A stretch of DNA of 34,914 bases from Octopus bimaculoides (lineage: Eukaryota), in assembly GCF_001194135.2 (NCBI RefSeq), contig NC_068991.1:14041740-14076653 (forward strand), written 5' to 3'. Positions 1-11,560 of the stretch are shown one piece after another. Position numbers and translations under genes: made by a program. Position 1 is the stretch's first letter, and each line of letters opens with the position of its first letter. Below the pieces are notes generated by a model. That model worked only from the letters and a program-made list of their open reading frames with translations, ran no database searches and was not told the origin of the DNA.

Positions 1-80
<80 letters not shown>
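1..80. repeat. (CA)n-(TA)n compound microsatellite
   Basis: Directly visible. Similar arrays recur throughout, e.g. 1322-1378, 18342-18387, 21421-21558, 25727-25790, 27850-27960, 29075-29155, 33145-33242. Confidence 0.98.
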
Positions 81-86
<6 letters not shown>

Positions 87-428
87 ATGAAATATATGCA
101 GGCTTCAGTTGAAAAGGTACATAAGTTGGTGCACCTTGTTTAGTCGGAATAATATACACACACAACCTCGGTATATAAGTACCGGCAGAATGAAATTTTT
201 GTAGTGCTTGCAGAAAATTAGATTCAACTAAGTATACAATTCGCTATTCAGACATGTACACTTTATTAAATGCATAGTCCGTAATAAACTTCAAAATATG
301 CGAAGTACACATTCTGAGATAGGTGAATATAATATAAATACATAACAAGCAACGTACATACATCAACCCATTATGGCCGTTTCTAACGACTGCTATAATT
401 AACTCATGAGTACATTATATTAAAATAA

Positions 429-577
429 GTGGAAGGTGTTTATAAACCATTTAAAATAAGACCGTTAGTTAGATTCACTCAAAGCGACGAAAATATTTTG
501 ACAAATTAAATTTAAATGTTGAAATGAATCTAACGGTCTTTGTGTGTTATTTTAAATGGCTTATAAACACCTTCCAC
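429..577. mobile_element. Palindromic MITE-like hairpin 1
   Basis: GTGGAAGGTGTTTATAAACCATTTAAAATAA (429-459) pairs with TTATTTTAAATGGCTTATAAACACCTTCCAC (547-577) with 1 mismatch. Inner arms GACCGTTAG/CTAACGGTC and AGATTCA/TGAATCT also pair. Confidence 0.7.
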
Positions 578-646
578 GCTGCAATTGTTTTCGTTCCAGC
601 ACACGAGCTCAGATCAGGTCACTTGCTATGCAAGTATATCTCCGTA

Positions 647-944
647 AGTACATTATATCAATTCCGAAGAAACCGTTTTCTCCAGAAGGATACTTTACAA
701 TGAAGGACATTCCAAATAATCTAATATAATTTTTAAATATTTTAAATCCCGGAACCAACATTTCCAACATTCAACTACTATTTCAGTTGACTTCTGAAGT
801 CAACTGAAATAGCAGCAAGTGTTGGGAAAATGGGCTCCGTGATTTTAAAAAGTTCTTTGAACTATGTTAAATTATTTGGAATGTCCTTCATTGCAAAGTA
901 TCCATTTGAGGAAAACGATTTGTTTGGAACTGATATAATGTACT
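647..944. mobile_element. ~300-bp near-perfect palindrome (MITE-like) 2
   Basis: Imperfect inverted repeat over the whole length, centred on CTATTTCAGTTGACTTC-T-GAAGTCAACTGAAATAG (centre ~795). Ends are AGTACATTATAT and ATATAATGTACT. Confidence 0.8.
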
Positions 945-1321
945 CGCTAATCAATGAAAGGAGTCGTTCGAAAGTAATGGATTGACACCTGTCTTTTATT
1001 TGTTATTTACTTATATATATGTATGCATATATATATGTGTGTGTGTGTGTGTGTTTATATTTATGTACGCATGTATGTATAGAAGCAAATTAGACTCACC
1101 AAATATATTAAATATATTAAGTACATCAAATGCATATATCTAATGTGTCTAATTCGCTTATCCCCATAATTGCTTCTAAACCCGCTCAACCTGATCCCTC
1201 TTAGAAGCTTTCTTTACCTTGAGGAATCGATCTCCTATAAAGATATCGGAGTCTAAGTTTGAATCTTTTGAGCACCTCGAAGTGTCCTCTATGTGAAGAA
1301 TATCTAGATCACATCTGTGTA

Positions 1322-1368
<47 letters not shown>

Positions 1369-1910
1369 AACAAACAAGGTTGGTGGCTTTCGCATTTTCA
1401 CGTCAAAAGTGGCTCCGTCGTCGTGGCTAATGGTTTAGAGTTTGTTTGTTTGTGTGTGTTGGGGGGTGAGGTGGGGCAGGCTTGCGCAATGTTTCTGTCT
1501 CCTAAATAAAGTCTATCCACGAGATGTGGTCAAACTGAATGTAAAATAGAAAGTATTTCCTCATGATTCTCAACCATCCGTCGGCCGATCCACATAAGTT
1601 ATGTATACGCATTTTATTTATTTTACGCTGTACATATATTGTTAGGGTTTTTTTTCCAGTTTATAGATTGTATGACTCGCTATGTATATATCCTATATGC
1701 CAGTGTACATTAAATGAGTAGAGGATTTGACATCTGTAATGATCTAGGTTCTATTTTGTTTTTATTATTTTCAGGTTCCTATCGGACTCTACAATTCAGC
1801 TCAATCTATCATAGACGAGTGTCCACCAATTGTTCCAGTTCACACTGACCATTAGATACCAACGGTGGTCTCACTTCGCTACCCACCAGCCTGCTCAATC
1901 CGCCACAGAT

Positions 1911-2342
1911 ATGGCTTCTGCACGTACAACTAACCAAACCACACCTGGAAGGCCACCACTTGTCCGATTCTACAACCTACGTCAGCCTAGCGTATATGCC
2001 AGTTCCTCGCGTATACCTCGCAGACGTCGCAACACTATTGGCACAGACACGGTGAACAATCGGCTGCTCCTAAACAACAGAAATGAGAGCCCACCAATCA
2101 TCACATGTAGACACAATCGTGAGTCCCCAAATCGGAATAGGGAAAATGCTAACCAACGACGAGTCCTATTCTCCCCGATACAGGGAGCTGCTCAAAGCAG
2201 CAATGACATCATCGTTGACAACGACTCTCAAGAAATAAACGTCACCAACATTGGTCCATTTATTAAACTTTCCTTACCAGCTGAAGTCATAAGAGGCGAC
2301 CGTAATCCACGTAAAGCTCATATAAGGATAACATATGAATAA
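1911..2342 (+). CDS. Orphan 143-aa ORF (MASARTTNQ...KAHIRITYE), Arg/Asn/Thr-rich, function unknown
   Basis: Stop-free GC-richer island. ATG in GATATGG context. Upstream pyrimidine tract and CAG acceptor end at 1774. Basic cluster IPRRRR. No family recognised; could belong to an unrecognised element. Confidence 0.4.
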   Translation: MASARTTNQTTPGRPPLVRFYNLRQPSVYASSSRIPRRRRNTIGTDTVNNRLLLNNRNESPPIITCRHNRESPNRNRENANQRRVLFSPIQGAAQSSNDIIVDNDSQEINVTNIGPFIKLSLPAEVIRGDRNPRKAHIRITYE

Positions 2343-2676
2343 TACAAATGAGCTGCTTTGTCGTACTGAGTAATGCTCAAGATTACGGTGCGTTTAAAGA
2401 CAATGAACAATACATTATAACCGAATCAGTAAGGAAGTAGTTCCGTTTATCGAACAAATTGAATACGCGACCATCATATAACTTCGCAACTTCACCAATC
2501 TTCCCTCATGTTAAACTTATCATACTCATGATTCAGTTTACCATTTGGTTAGTCACCTACATCAACGATCCCATATGCGTGAATGTGTGTGTGTGTGTGT
2601 ATGTATGCATGTATGTATGTATATATTTGCATGTATGTATGGATATATGTCTATATACACATATGCATACACACAT

Positions 2677-2709
<33 letters not shown>

Positions 2710-2838
2710 CATACATATATATATAACAGTTGTCTATATATAATAATATATATTCATATATAGATACATCAAACATGTTTATGCATTTACATATAACAAT
2801 ACATGTACACAAACATATGTATATATATATATATATAT

Positions 2839-3663
2839 NNNNNNNNNNNNNNNNNNNNNNNNNNNNNNNNNNNNNNNNNNNNNNNNNNNNNNNNNNNNNN
2901 NNNNNNNNNNNNNNNNNNNNNNNNNNNNNNNNNNNNNNNNNNNNNNNNNNNNNNNNNNNNNNNNNNNNNNNNNNNNNNNNNNNNNNNNNNNNNNNNNNNN
3001 NNNNNNNNNNNNNNNNNNNNNNNNNNNNNNNNNNNNNNNNNNNNNNNNNNNNNNNNNNNNNNNNNNNNNNNNNNNNNNNNNNNNNNNNNNNNNNNNNNNN
3101 NNNNNNNNNNNNNNNNNNNNNNNNNNNNNNNNNNNNNNNNNNNNNNNNNNNNNNNNNNNNNNNNNNNNNNNNNNNNNNNNNNNNNNNNNNNNNNNNNNNN
3201 NNNNNNNNNNNNNNNNNNNNNNNNNNNNNNNNNNNNNNNNNNNNNNNNNNNNNNNNNNNNNNNNNNNNNNNNNNNNNNNNNNNNNNNNNNNNNNNNNNNN
3301 NNNNNNNNNNNNNNNNNNNNNNNNNNNNNNNNNNNNNNNNNNNNNNNNNNNNNNNNNNNNNNNNNNNNNNNNNNNNNNNNNNNNNNNNNNNNNNNNNNNN
3401 NNNNNNNNNNNNNNNNNNNNNNNNNNNNNNNNNNNNNNNNNNNNNNNNNNNNNNNNNNNNNNNNNNNNNNNNNNNNNNNNNNNNNNNNNNNNNNNNNNNN
3501 NNNNNNNNNNNNNNNNNNNNNNNNNNNNNNNNNNNNNNNNNNNNNNNNNNNNNNNNNNNNNNNNNNNNNNNNNNNNNNNNNNNNNNNNNNNNNNNNNNNN
3601 NNNNNNNNNNNNNNNNNNNNNNNNNNNNNNNNNNNNNNNNNNNNNNNNNNNNNNNNNNNNNNN
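2839..3663. other. Assembly gap (N run); others at 8055-8765, 17441-17560, 19984-20420, 21559-22072, 24872-25019, 30875-30935
   Basis: N runs, mostly flanked by (TA)n arrays. ORFs spanning them are artefacts. Confidence 0.99.
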
Positions 3664-3825
3664 TATATATATATATATATATATATATGCATGCATGCGT
3701 GTATATCTTTATATATATATATATATATCAATGAAATTCCAACCTAGTCTGATTTTCACATTTTATTATTTACAATTTTTCAATTTTACGATATTATAAT
3801 AATAGAATATTATATATTTATTATG

Positions 3826-3870
3826 ATAAAACTAGTTCTTTCATGCATTACGCAATCATCAGGTGTATGT
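3826..3870 (-). ncRNA. Degenerate minimal hammerhead ribozyme motif (PLE 3' end)
   Basis: Minus strand CAC-CTGATGA-T-TGC-GTAAT-GCA-T-GAAA-GA-ACTAGTT: core, 3-bp stem II and palindromic ACTAGT, followed by AATAAA. A 2-nt insertion and poor stem I suggest it is inactive. Confidence 0.45.
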
Positions 3871-4016
3871 AATAATATTATTAGTGACAGTCGAGTTCCT
3901 CAACCGACAACTGTAGTGAAATGATTAAATTTGTCCTTTAAATACCTTCCGATACGCTCCAGTGGGCTGAATATTACGAACTGTATTTTGACCAATAATT
4001 GTGTAGCTATGCATGT

Positions 4017-4630
4017 TATTTTCTAAATTCAATGCTGGAGTTTTCGTCTATTCTTTGTGAGAGTTGTTTTTCTAAGTATCCCATTACGGAATTCGCATAA
4101 ACGGGAACAAATATCGTTCCCATCGTTGTGCTTCTAACTTGGATGTAATTGTTCCCACTGAAAAAGAATGTTATTTTCAAGGATAAGCTTGACTATATCT
4201 AATACAAATGGTATGGTGAATCTACTGGAAATCACTTCTTTATGTTTTCCCACCCAGTAATTAATCGCCATTTATTCCTAAATAATATGGAATGTTGGTG
4301 CAAAGGCTTACAACATCAAAAGTAAGTAAAAATGAATTCGATTCCGTTGTTATGGGAATATGTGACAGGAAGTCGATGTCATCCTGAATGGAATTAGGTA
4401 TGCGAGCATATAATCGTTTCAAAATAATCTCAGTAAAATTGCTTAGGCCGTGGGTGAAGCATGCTTGACCAGCTATAATAGGTATAAATTTTCGGTACTC
4501 ATTTCTTGTTCTCTTACTGCATGTCGGATTTCTTTTGACTTGCGTATTTTTGGTAAACCATAGAAGTTGCTGGATCTTTGTTCAAAATTGGTGATGTTGT
4601 CTCTTTCATTATTGGTAAGGTTGCTGTAGT
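4017..4630 (-). mobile_element. Penelope-like element reverse transcriptase fragment (pseudogene)
   Basis: Frameshifted translation: NFYGLPKIRKSKEI ... PIIAGQACFTHGLS ... IQDDIDFL ... LLTFDVVSLCTNIP ... ILENN ... NYIQVRSTTMGTIFVPVYANSVMGYLEKQL. These match the PLE FYGLPKIHK motif and RT motifs A and B. The YxDD region is missing. Confidence 0.9.
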
Positions 4631-4879
4631 TGAAGATTACCGAATCTTAGCTTGGGAATGATGCTCTGTTTATCGGTTTCGAAGGCTTCGAGATCTTTGA
4701 TCCTGAATGGGAACTTCTTAGACCTGACGTCGTACGTGTTAGCCTCGGAGGGTAGCGTGCCTTGTTCGTAGCAATACGCCAAACAAACACTTGACGCAGA
4801 CACACAGGTACGGACGATTGATCAATAGAGAAAACCTAAAGGTCTCCTTTAGTTAAACATCCAGCATGAAAAGTATATT

Positions 4880-5970
4880 AGCAAACTGCTATAAAACACG
4901 AAGGGAGGCCGGTTGCTCATGCAGGGAGCACAATGACTACCCAGTTGGGTTGGAGGCAATGCTAGGTTTAAGGAGTCATTTATAAGGTTATGGTGCTACC
5001 CAGACCTAGCAATCATAATAATATCAGCAACAGCTCATCCAACAACATCGACAGCAACAACAGCGGTGACAGCGGCAGAAAGACCAGCACCGACACCAAC
5101 GACCCCATCACTAACGTTACGACCGGAGATGACGTCCACGCCAACACAAGCAGCACCAGCGAAGCTACCGATTCCACGCCTAGTATTAAAAACGACGGCA
5201 GCCACATCACCATCGGTGACAGCAGCGGCAACATCGGCACTACGACCAGAGATGACTGCTACAACGACAACAGCCGCAGAGATATTGCCAGACCCGCGCT
5301 CCGTAATAATAGCACCGATAACAACTCCAATAGCAGAAGCGGCAACGAAATCGCCAGGCCCGGAGCCAACATATGGTGCACCAGAGATGTGACTACAACC
5401 AACACTCAAGCGGCACCTGTACAATCACAGGTCATTTTTCAGGATTCCGGAAAGACGATTCACCACGTCCCTGGCAAGTACGTGTGACGCCTTCAAGATG
5501 AAGGGACCCTATAGAGCGGCCGGGATCTGTATCAACTGGAGCGGACGCTGCAAGCTTTGCGTAGCTGAGTGAGCAACAAACCTCAAAGACTCTCTAGAAC
5601 AAGAGTTATTGAACTCCCGACATGAGATTTATAATCACTGCCTCAATTTCAAAAGTTATCTGCTACAAGCATGTGATTCTTCATTCATCGATTAGGTCTG
5701 AGATAATCCTTGCGAGCTAGAAGCAACCTAAGAGTAGAGTTCCCCGTTCGTCGTTTTAGCCCATATACACCGATAACTGAACTGGTCTAAAGGCGATAAC
5801 TCGTCCTCACCGACCCGGATTATATATTTTTTGTTTACTAAGTGACACTAACAGAATTCTACCTCCACAGTCTCAAGAGCTATATGGCCTTCGCTATTAG
5901 AGTCTGGTGAGTTGTCCATAAAGCTATCCGCGTTATGTATGCGAAACCACTGGTCAGTCTGTGACTGGAC
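4880..5970 (+). mobile_element. Penelope-like element 3' part: Cys linker + split GIY-YIG endonuclease + 3' hammerhead
   Basis: CSCREHNDYP (~4915), GVIYKVMV (~4972-4995), ~390-bp low-complexity insert, then TLKRHLYNHRSFFR...TTSLAS, RCKLCVAE* and ELLNSRHEIYNHCLNFKSYLL (5400-5670). These are typical C-terminal PLE endonuclease motifs. Frameshifts and stops are present. Confidence 0.75.
5898..5962 (+). ncRNA. Minimal type-I hammerhead-like motif (one core substitution)
   Basis: AGAGT-CTGGTGA-G...CATAA...TTATG...C-GAAAC-CACTG-GTC-AGTCT. Stem III is ACC/GGT with a GUC triplet. Core is CUGGUGA (A6>G) and stem I has one mismatch. Confidence 0.6.
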
Positions 5971-8949
5971 ATATATTTAATGAATACAAATATGTGTGTG
6001 TGTATGTGTACAATATATAGACACACTCATATACATATAATGACGTACAGACTTACAAATTTACATATTGATAACAGAAGTTAGTCAAAATTTGGACAAA
6101 AACTATTTATTCAGCGCTTTCTTCCTCTTCAAATATTTATGAAATGTGGGCTGTTCAAAAATTTTCCATCATTTGTTTTACTGGGTTTTCAAAAATGGTC
6201 ATTTTGTAACCGTTATGTGAGATGTTCTTGGTTATTTTGAATCTATATATGTGTATAGAATATTCTTCAACAAACCATACCATTTAGCCACGATAAGTGG
6301 GTGAATATATTGTTTTCGTTACTCGCGAGCAATTTTAGGTTTCATTACCTATTCAATTCGATTTTTGAGCAATGATGGTATAGTCTTAAGCCACATTTTG
6401 AGAACAAATAATTGAAGTTTGGTTCATGAAAAAAGAGTTAGGTCAAAATATGGGTGTTCAAATATGAGGGAGTATGGCGAAAACTTGACTTTGAATCAAA
6501 AAGCTCAGTTACATTAAAAGGTAACTATAGATTAATAAGCTCTAAAAGAATGTGTTCATTGAGAAAACTCTTTTGGTGAAAAGCTCGTTAAAATTGATGG
6601 TTAACTAAAAAAGAATGTGGCTTTAAGGGACAATAAAAATGATAATTAATCCCCAAAATTGATGTTGAATCAAAATATCTCAGCTAAGAAAATCATTCAA
6701 TAGTTTTGCTCAAACGAAAGTGCTCTATGAGATAAATCGTATGGCAAAAACCTCAGCAAATATTAGCTACGTGAGATTTAAAAAAGTAATTTTCTAAATA
6801 TTAGCTACATAAAAGTGGTGTGGCTTTAAAGTGACAAATAAAAAGGTATTCAACTTAACAAATGAAAGTATTTTCATTTTAAAATATTTAGAGTTATAAA
6901 AGATTGCTTCTGATCTTATAGATTGCTTAACTTAATGGTACAAAGCGCTTCACCAGAGTTTGAGAGACATGGAGTGCGATTCTCTGTAGTGGTTTGCTGG
7001 TCGCTTTTCCCCCCCGTTTTCTAAGGGCAATTAACCTATTTTCTAAGATGTTTACACAATTATTTTGCATTCGGGATTTGCGTCAGATGAAAAGGTCCTA
7101 TGAAATGAATCTTATGGTGAAAACCATGTCAAAAATATTTGCTACAGAAAAGGTTTTGTGGCTTTAAATGTTGAAAGACAGGTGATAAATTTAGGAAATC
7201 AAAATATTTTTGTCTTTTTAAGAGAAAAATATTATTATTTGAACTCAAATGAAAGAACTCACCGAGACGAATATTTTGGAGAAAGCCCTACTAAAAATAT
7301 TAAGCGTAAAAATAGTTTTTTTGCGATTATATATTCAATTGTATTATTCTGTTTATGTATTAAACTACGTATAAACCACTTTATAATAAAAACCTTGTTT
7401 TAAAATGTATTCATTTGTAACAGGTATGTCGTTATTACCCATTGTTATTTTTAGGTGCAAACAAAATTTCGAAGTTTGATGTCTAAAAAATATTTACATT
7501 AGTATCGTTTTTTCCATTACAAAGGTAAATATAATTAATTATGATAATAGAAGCAATCCTTTGAAAATAGTGGACTAAAATGAAATATGCAGGCGCTGAA
7601 TCCTAGAGTATTCTTAAATATTGAACCTGGGGAATTACAAAACAGTCTTTAATTAAACCTGGAAATGTACAGGACAAAAAAAAGATAAAATAAAAAATGC
7701 TGCTGAATAAATTTTTGAAATTGTTCATTACCGTACAGTTTTTTTTTTTTTTGCTTTTTAAAAATATTCTTATTGCAATTTTTTTAAATTTAGAATTTTT
7801 TAAATTTAAAAATGCCTTTGTTTTAAGCTAAAACATTACCGTCTTATTCTTAGTAGTATATTATCCTTAAAAAATTTTTCTTAAGAAAACTCATTATCCA
7901 AAAATTCTAAATCACAGATATTGTGTTATAAGTTCAAACTTATGTAGAATATAGGTAATTCAAGAGTTTAAAAATCTTTTTAAGAAATAAAAGAACTAAT
8001 TTTGTTAAAGTTTGCATTATCAGAAAACTAACTATTTTCTATTTACAGTTAGAANNNNNNNNNNNNNNNNNNNNNNNNNNNNNNNNNNNNNNNNNNNNNN
8101 NNNNNNNNNNNNNNNNNNNNNNNNNNNNNNNNNNNNNNNNNNNNNNNNNNNNNNNNNNNNNNNNNNNNNNNNNNNNNNNNNNNNNNNNNNNNNNNNNNNN
8201 NNNNNNNNNNNNNNNNNNNNNNNNNNNNNNNNNNNNNNNNNNNNNNNNNNNNNNNNNNNNNNNNNNNNNNNNNNNNNNNNNNNNNNNNNNNNNNNNNNNN
8301 NNNNNNNNNNNNNNNNNNNNNNNNNNNNNNNNNNNNNNNNNNNNNNNNNNNNNNNNNNNNNNNNNNNNNNNNNNNNNNNNNNNNNNNNNNNNNNNNNNNN
8401 NNNNNNNNNNNNNNNNNNNNNNNNNNNNNNNNNNNNNNNNNNNNNNNNNNNNNNNNNNNNNNNNNNNNNNNNNNNNNNNNNNNNNNNNNNNNNNNNNNNN
8501 NNNNNNNNNNNNNNNNNNNNNNNNNNNNNNNNNNNNNNNNNNNNNNNNNNNNNNNNNNNNNNNNNNNNNNNNNNNNNNNNNNNNNNNNNNNNNNNNNNNN
8601 NNNNNNNNNNNNNNNNNNNNNNNNNNNNNNNNNNNNNNNNNNNNNNNNNNNNNNNNNNNNNNNNNNNNNNNNNNNNNNNNNNNNNNNNNNNNNNNNNNNN
8701 NNNNNNNNNNNNNNNNNNNNNNNNNNNNNNNNNNNNNNNNNNNNNNNNNNNNNNNNNNNNNNNNNATATATATATATGTACTATTCCCAAGAAATCTTGA
8801 AATAAAACTGAATATCGACATGCATCCATACATATACTATAAGACCTTCAACTTACTACACTTTCAGTGAGCATAGACAACGCCATAGCTGACCTGACTT
8901 CATCGTAGGTCACCATCTTGAAATTAAACACAAAGAGTGACTGTATTAT

Positions 8950-9880
8950 TACTGATAGAATACAATATCGCAAAGGCATATTCCAAGAGGACGGCCTCTA
9001 TGTGATGTTCTTTTATACTTTCTGTAAACCCCTAGTCATTGTTGTTAAGGTTCACAAGGAAACAGGAATACCAAAATTACACACTATTTCTTTGAAACCT
9101 TATGCAGAGAATATGCAGAGAATATGCACGAGAATATGCAGAGAATATGCACGAGAATATGCAGAGAATATGTAGAGAATATGCAGTGAATATGCACGAG
9201 ATGAAAACGAGCTTTGACCTAGTTACAGCATTCTCAAAGGATGCAGGTTTGGTGCTTCATTAGGCTAAATGTTATATGATTGGGAAAAGAGGGAAAACTG
9301 TAAACCAGACTAGCAACATTTCCATCAATGACTTGACTCTTTTCCCTATATTTTATGAGTAATGTTATATGTATTTAGGGGTGGATGAAAATATATCTTA
9401 CAATGGCACCTGTAACAAAATACGTGTTACGAAAGAATATTACAACCGAATATTGAAAATTTGGACGACGGATCTCCTCATTCAATTAATCAGCAGCGCA
9501 CAATATCTTTCCAATGCCAGTACTCATACCAACATTTGGGTTGATTGAATGGATGCTTGATGACATCCGATCCATTAATGTGAAAACCCGGAAAATACTA
9601 ACAAGCACTCATAATTTCCACACAAACAGTGACGTAGACAGTCTCTACATAAAACGAAAACAAGGCGGCAGAGGCTTAACGTTGATCCAAAATGCCTTTG
9701 AATGTTGTATCATATCCCTTCGGCAACATCTTTTAACTACCAAGCGTCAAAGTGCATCACTTGAGCAAGTTTGCATACATGAGGCTGATAACATCATAAG
9801 ACTTCGAAGGTAGCTCCTTGAGCAACATTACTTGTCTGATAAATTCAAAAACATGCCCAAAGTAGTTGCACAACTCTACC
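8950..9880 (+). mobile_element. R4/Dong-like (RLE-clade) non-LTR retrotransposon RT fragment
   Basis: IQYRKGIFQEDGL (cf. RGIFQGDSLS), LKPYA, YMYLGVDE, VTKEYYNRILKIW, PVLIPTFGLIEW, DVDSLYIKRKQGGRGL. The catalytic MDD is absent and many stops are present. Confidence 0.85.
9101..9200 (+). repeat. 11/12-bp minisatellite (GAGAATATGCA[C])n, ~8 copies, inside the RT
   Basis: Directly visible tandem units. Confidence 0.95.
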
Positions 9881-10254
9881 GTTCCTGGATTACAATCGCA
9901 TACCCTTCAAAGTGAGAAGTAGTAATCGGTTATTGGTCCATGATAGACTGCTTTGGTGATCAATGTTACTATCGTCTCGGAGATTTCTACTAACTGTATT
10001 CGTGTAGTAGTAACTTTCAGCTAATCGTTATTTTACATAGGAAGATACATTTCAAACTTGAATTAAACTTATAGAGAGAGTGTAAGGAATAAGCCAACGA
10101 GATAACTAAAGTAGCAGTGACGTAGCTAATTTTGCTAGATTTCATAGTGTTTGTTCTCCCGCTTCAACTCCGTTTCACTTTCACCTCATAGTTCTACTCT
10201 TTTCTTAACATATTTACTTTAATTCCCACTCTTAGCCAGTTTCTCACCTCTTCG

Positions 10255-10400
10255 AAGCCAGTCTCTCGCTTCTAATTTCCACAACTATACGCAATTTCTC
10301 TTCTCTATCTCGAATCGTTACATCAGGTTTGTTGTGTGTTTTACTTTCGCTGCGTGTCTTATTTTCACGTCCGTCGATAAAATGAAATGTCAGCCAAGGA
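10255..10400 (-). mobile_element. RLE (PD-(D/E)xK) endonuclease fragment of an R4/R2-like LINE
   Basis: THNKPDVTIRDREEKLRIVVEI matches the HN(K/R)PDI..D....I(V/I)E(I/V) RLE motif. Confidence 0.65.
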
Positions 10401-10472
10401 TTCGGGTTGATGATGTCGAATAACATACTTCAAGAAACTCCAGGCCTTGTGCTTATGCTGCAAACAATTACT

Positions 10473-11112
10473 GATATTATTTTCTACTCTAGGCACAAGG
10501 CCGAAATTTTTGGGGGAGGGGACCCAGTCGATTATATCAACCCCCAGTATTCACCTGGTACTTAATTTATCGACCCCGAAAGGATGAAAGGCAAAGTCAA
10601 CCCCGGCGGAATTTGAACTTAGAACGTAAAGACAGACGTAATACTGCTAAGCATTTCGCTCGCCGTGCTAACGTTTCTTATTTCTTTACTGCCCACAAAG
10701 GACCACATACAGAGGGGAAAAACAAGAACAGACAAATAGGTAAAGTCGATTATATCGACTCCAGTGCGTAACTGGTACTTATTTAATCGACCCCGAAAGG
10801 ATGAAAGGCAAAGTCGACCTCGGCGGAATTTTAACTCAGAACGTAGCGGAAGACGATATACTGGCGTGCTAACGTTTCTCATTTCTTTATTGCCCACAAG
10901 GGGCTAAACATAGAGGGGACAAACAAGGACAGACAAAGGGATTAAGTCGATTACATCGACCCCAGTGCATAACTGGTACTTTATTTATCGACCCCGAAAG
11001 GGTGAAAGGCAAAGTCGACCTCGGCGGAATTTGAACTCAGAACGTAACGGCAGACGAAATACCGCTAAGCATTTCGCCCGGCGTGCTAACGATTCTGCCA
11101 GCTCGCCACCTT
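10473..11112 (-). mobile_element. Head-to-tail trimer of a tRNA-derived SINE (units ~10473-10678, 10679-10879, 10880-11112)
   Basis: Three copies of the ...GACCCCGAAAGGxTGAAAGGCAAAGTCxACC... body. Minus-strand A box (TGGCAGAATCG, unit 3 only) and B box (GAGTTCAAATTCC-like). Confidence 0.9.
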
Positions 11113-11560
11113 TAACAGTTACTGATATCACTGTATTGGCAGTAACGTTAGAGAGTCAAACAAAATGTCACGCAGAGTGTTTAGCTACGACAGTTTACGT
11201 TGTGAGTTCAAATTCCGCTAAGTTCAAATTTTACCTTTCTGCTTTCAAGAGTTAATGAATAAAGGTAGCAGCTATTTCTTTCCTTGGACAACATTGATGG
11301 CGTGGAGAGGAGAGACTTCCATGCATGCTCAATTGCTAGTCTCTCACTAATTATACATTACTCAGGCCTGCGAATACAGATCAACAAAATCAACCCTTAA
11401 GAACGGGAGAGTTAGATTACTCCTTGATCAGCTGTTAAGATGTTTTGGCAGTTGCTTTGTCTTTTGTCATTTTAAAATTATTTAGTTTCATGTCATTGTC
11501 AGGAAGTACAAGCAGAATTCATCTCTTTTTGAAGAAACACTGCGACTACTACGGGGGAAA

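Noticed and set aside
2459-3747. Long ORFs across N-gaps and YIYI/CVCV/HTHT ORFs throughout the track
   Set aside because: Artefacts of N runs and dinucleotide microsatellites.
5390-5572. Two in-frame TGA codons in the endonuclease frame, suggesting selenocysteine recoding as in some PLE lineages
   Set aside because: Neither TGA aligns with a Cys position (one replaces the K of the C..C..EK motif). Frameshifts nearby indicate ordinary decay, and no SECIS was seen.
6070-7400. AT-rich stretch with a recurring GTGGCTTTAA motif, possibly a non-autonomous DNA transposon
   Set aside because: No TIRs or TSDs could be delimited by eye.
10473-11112. Repeat-spacer appearance suggestive of a CRISPR array
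   Set aside because: Eukaryotic SINE multimer with ~200-bp homologous units, no unique spacers and no cas genes.
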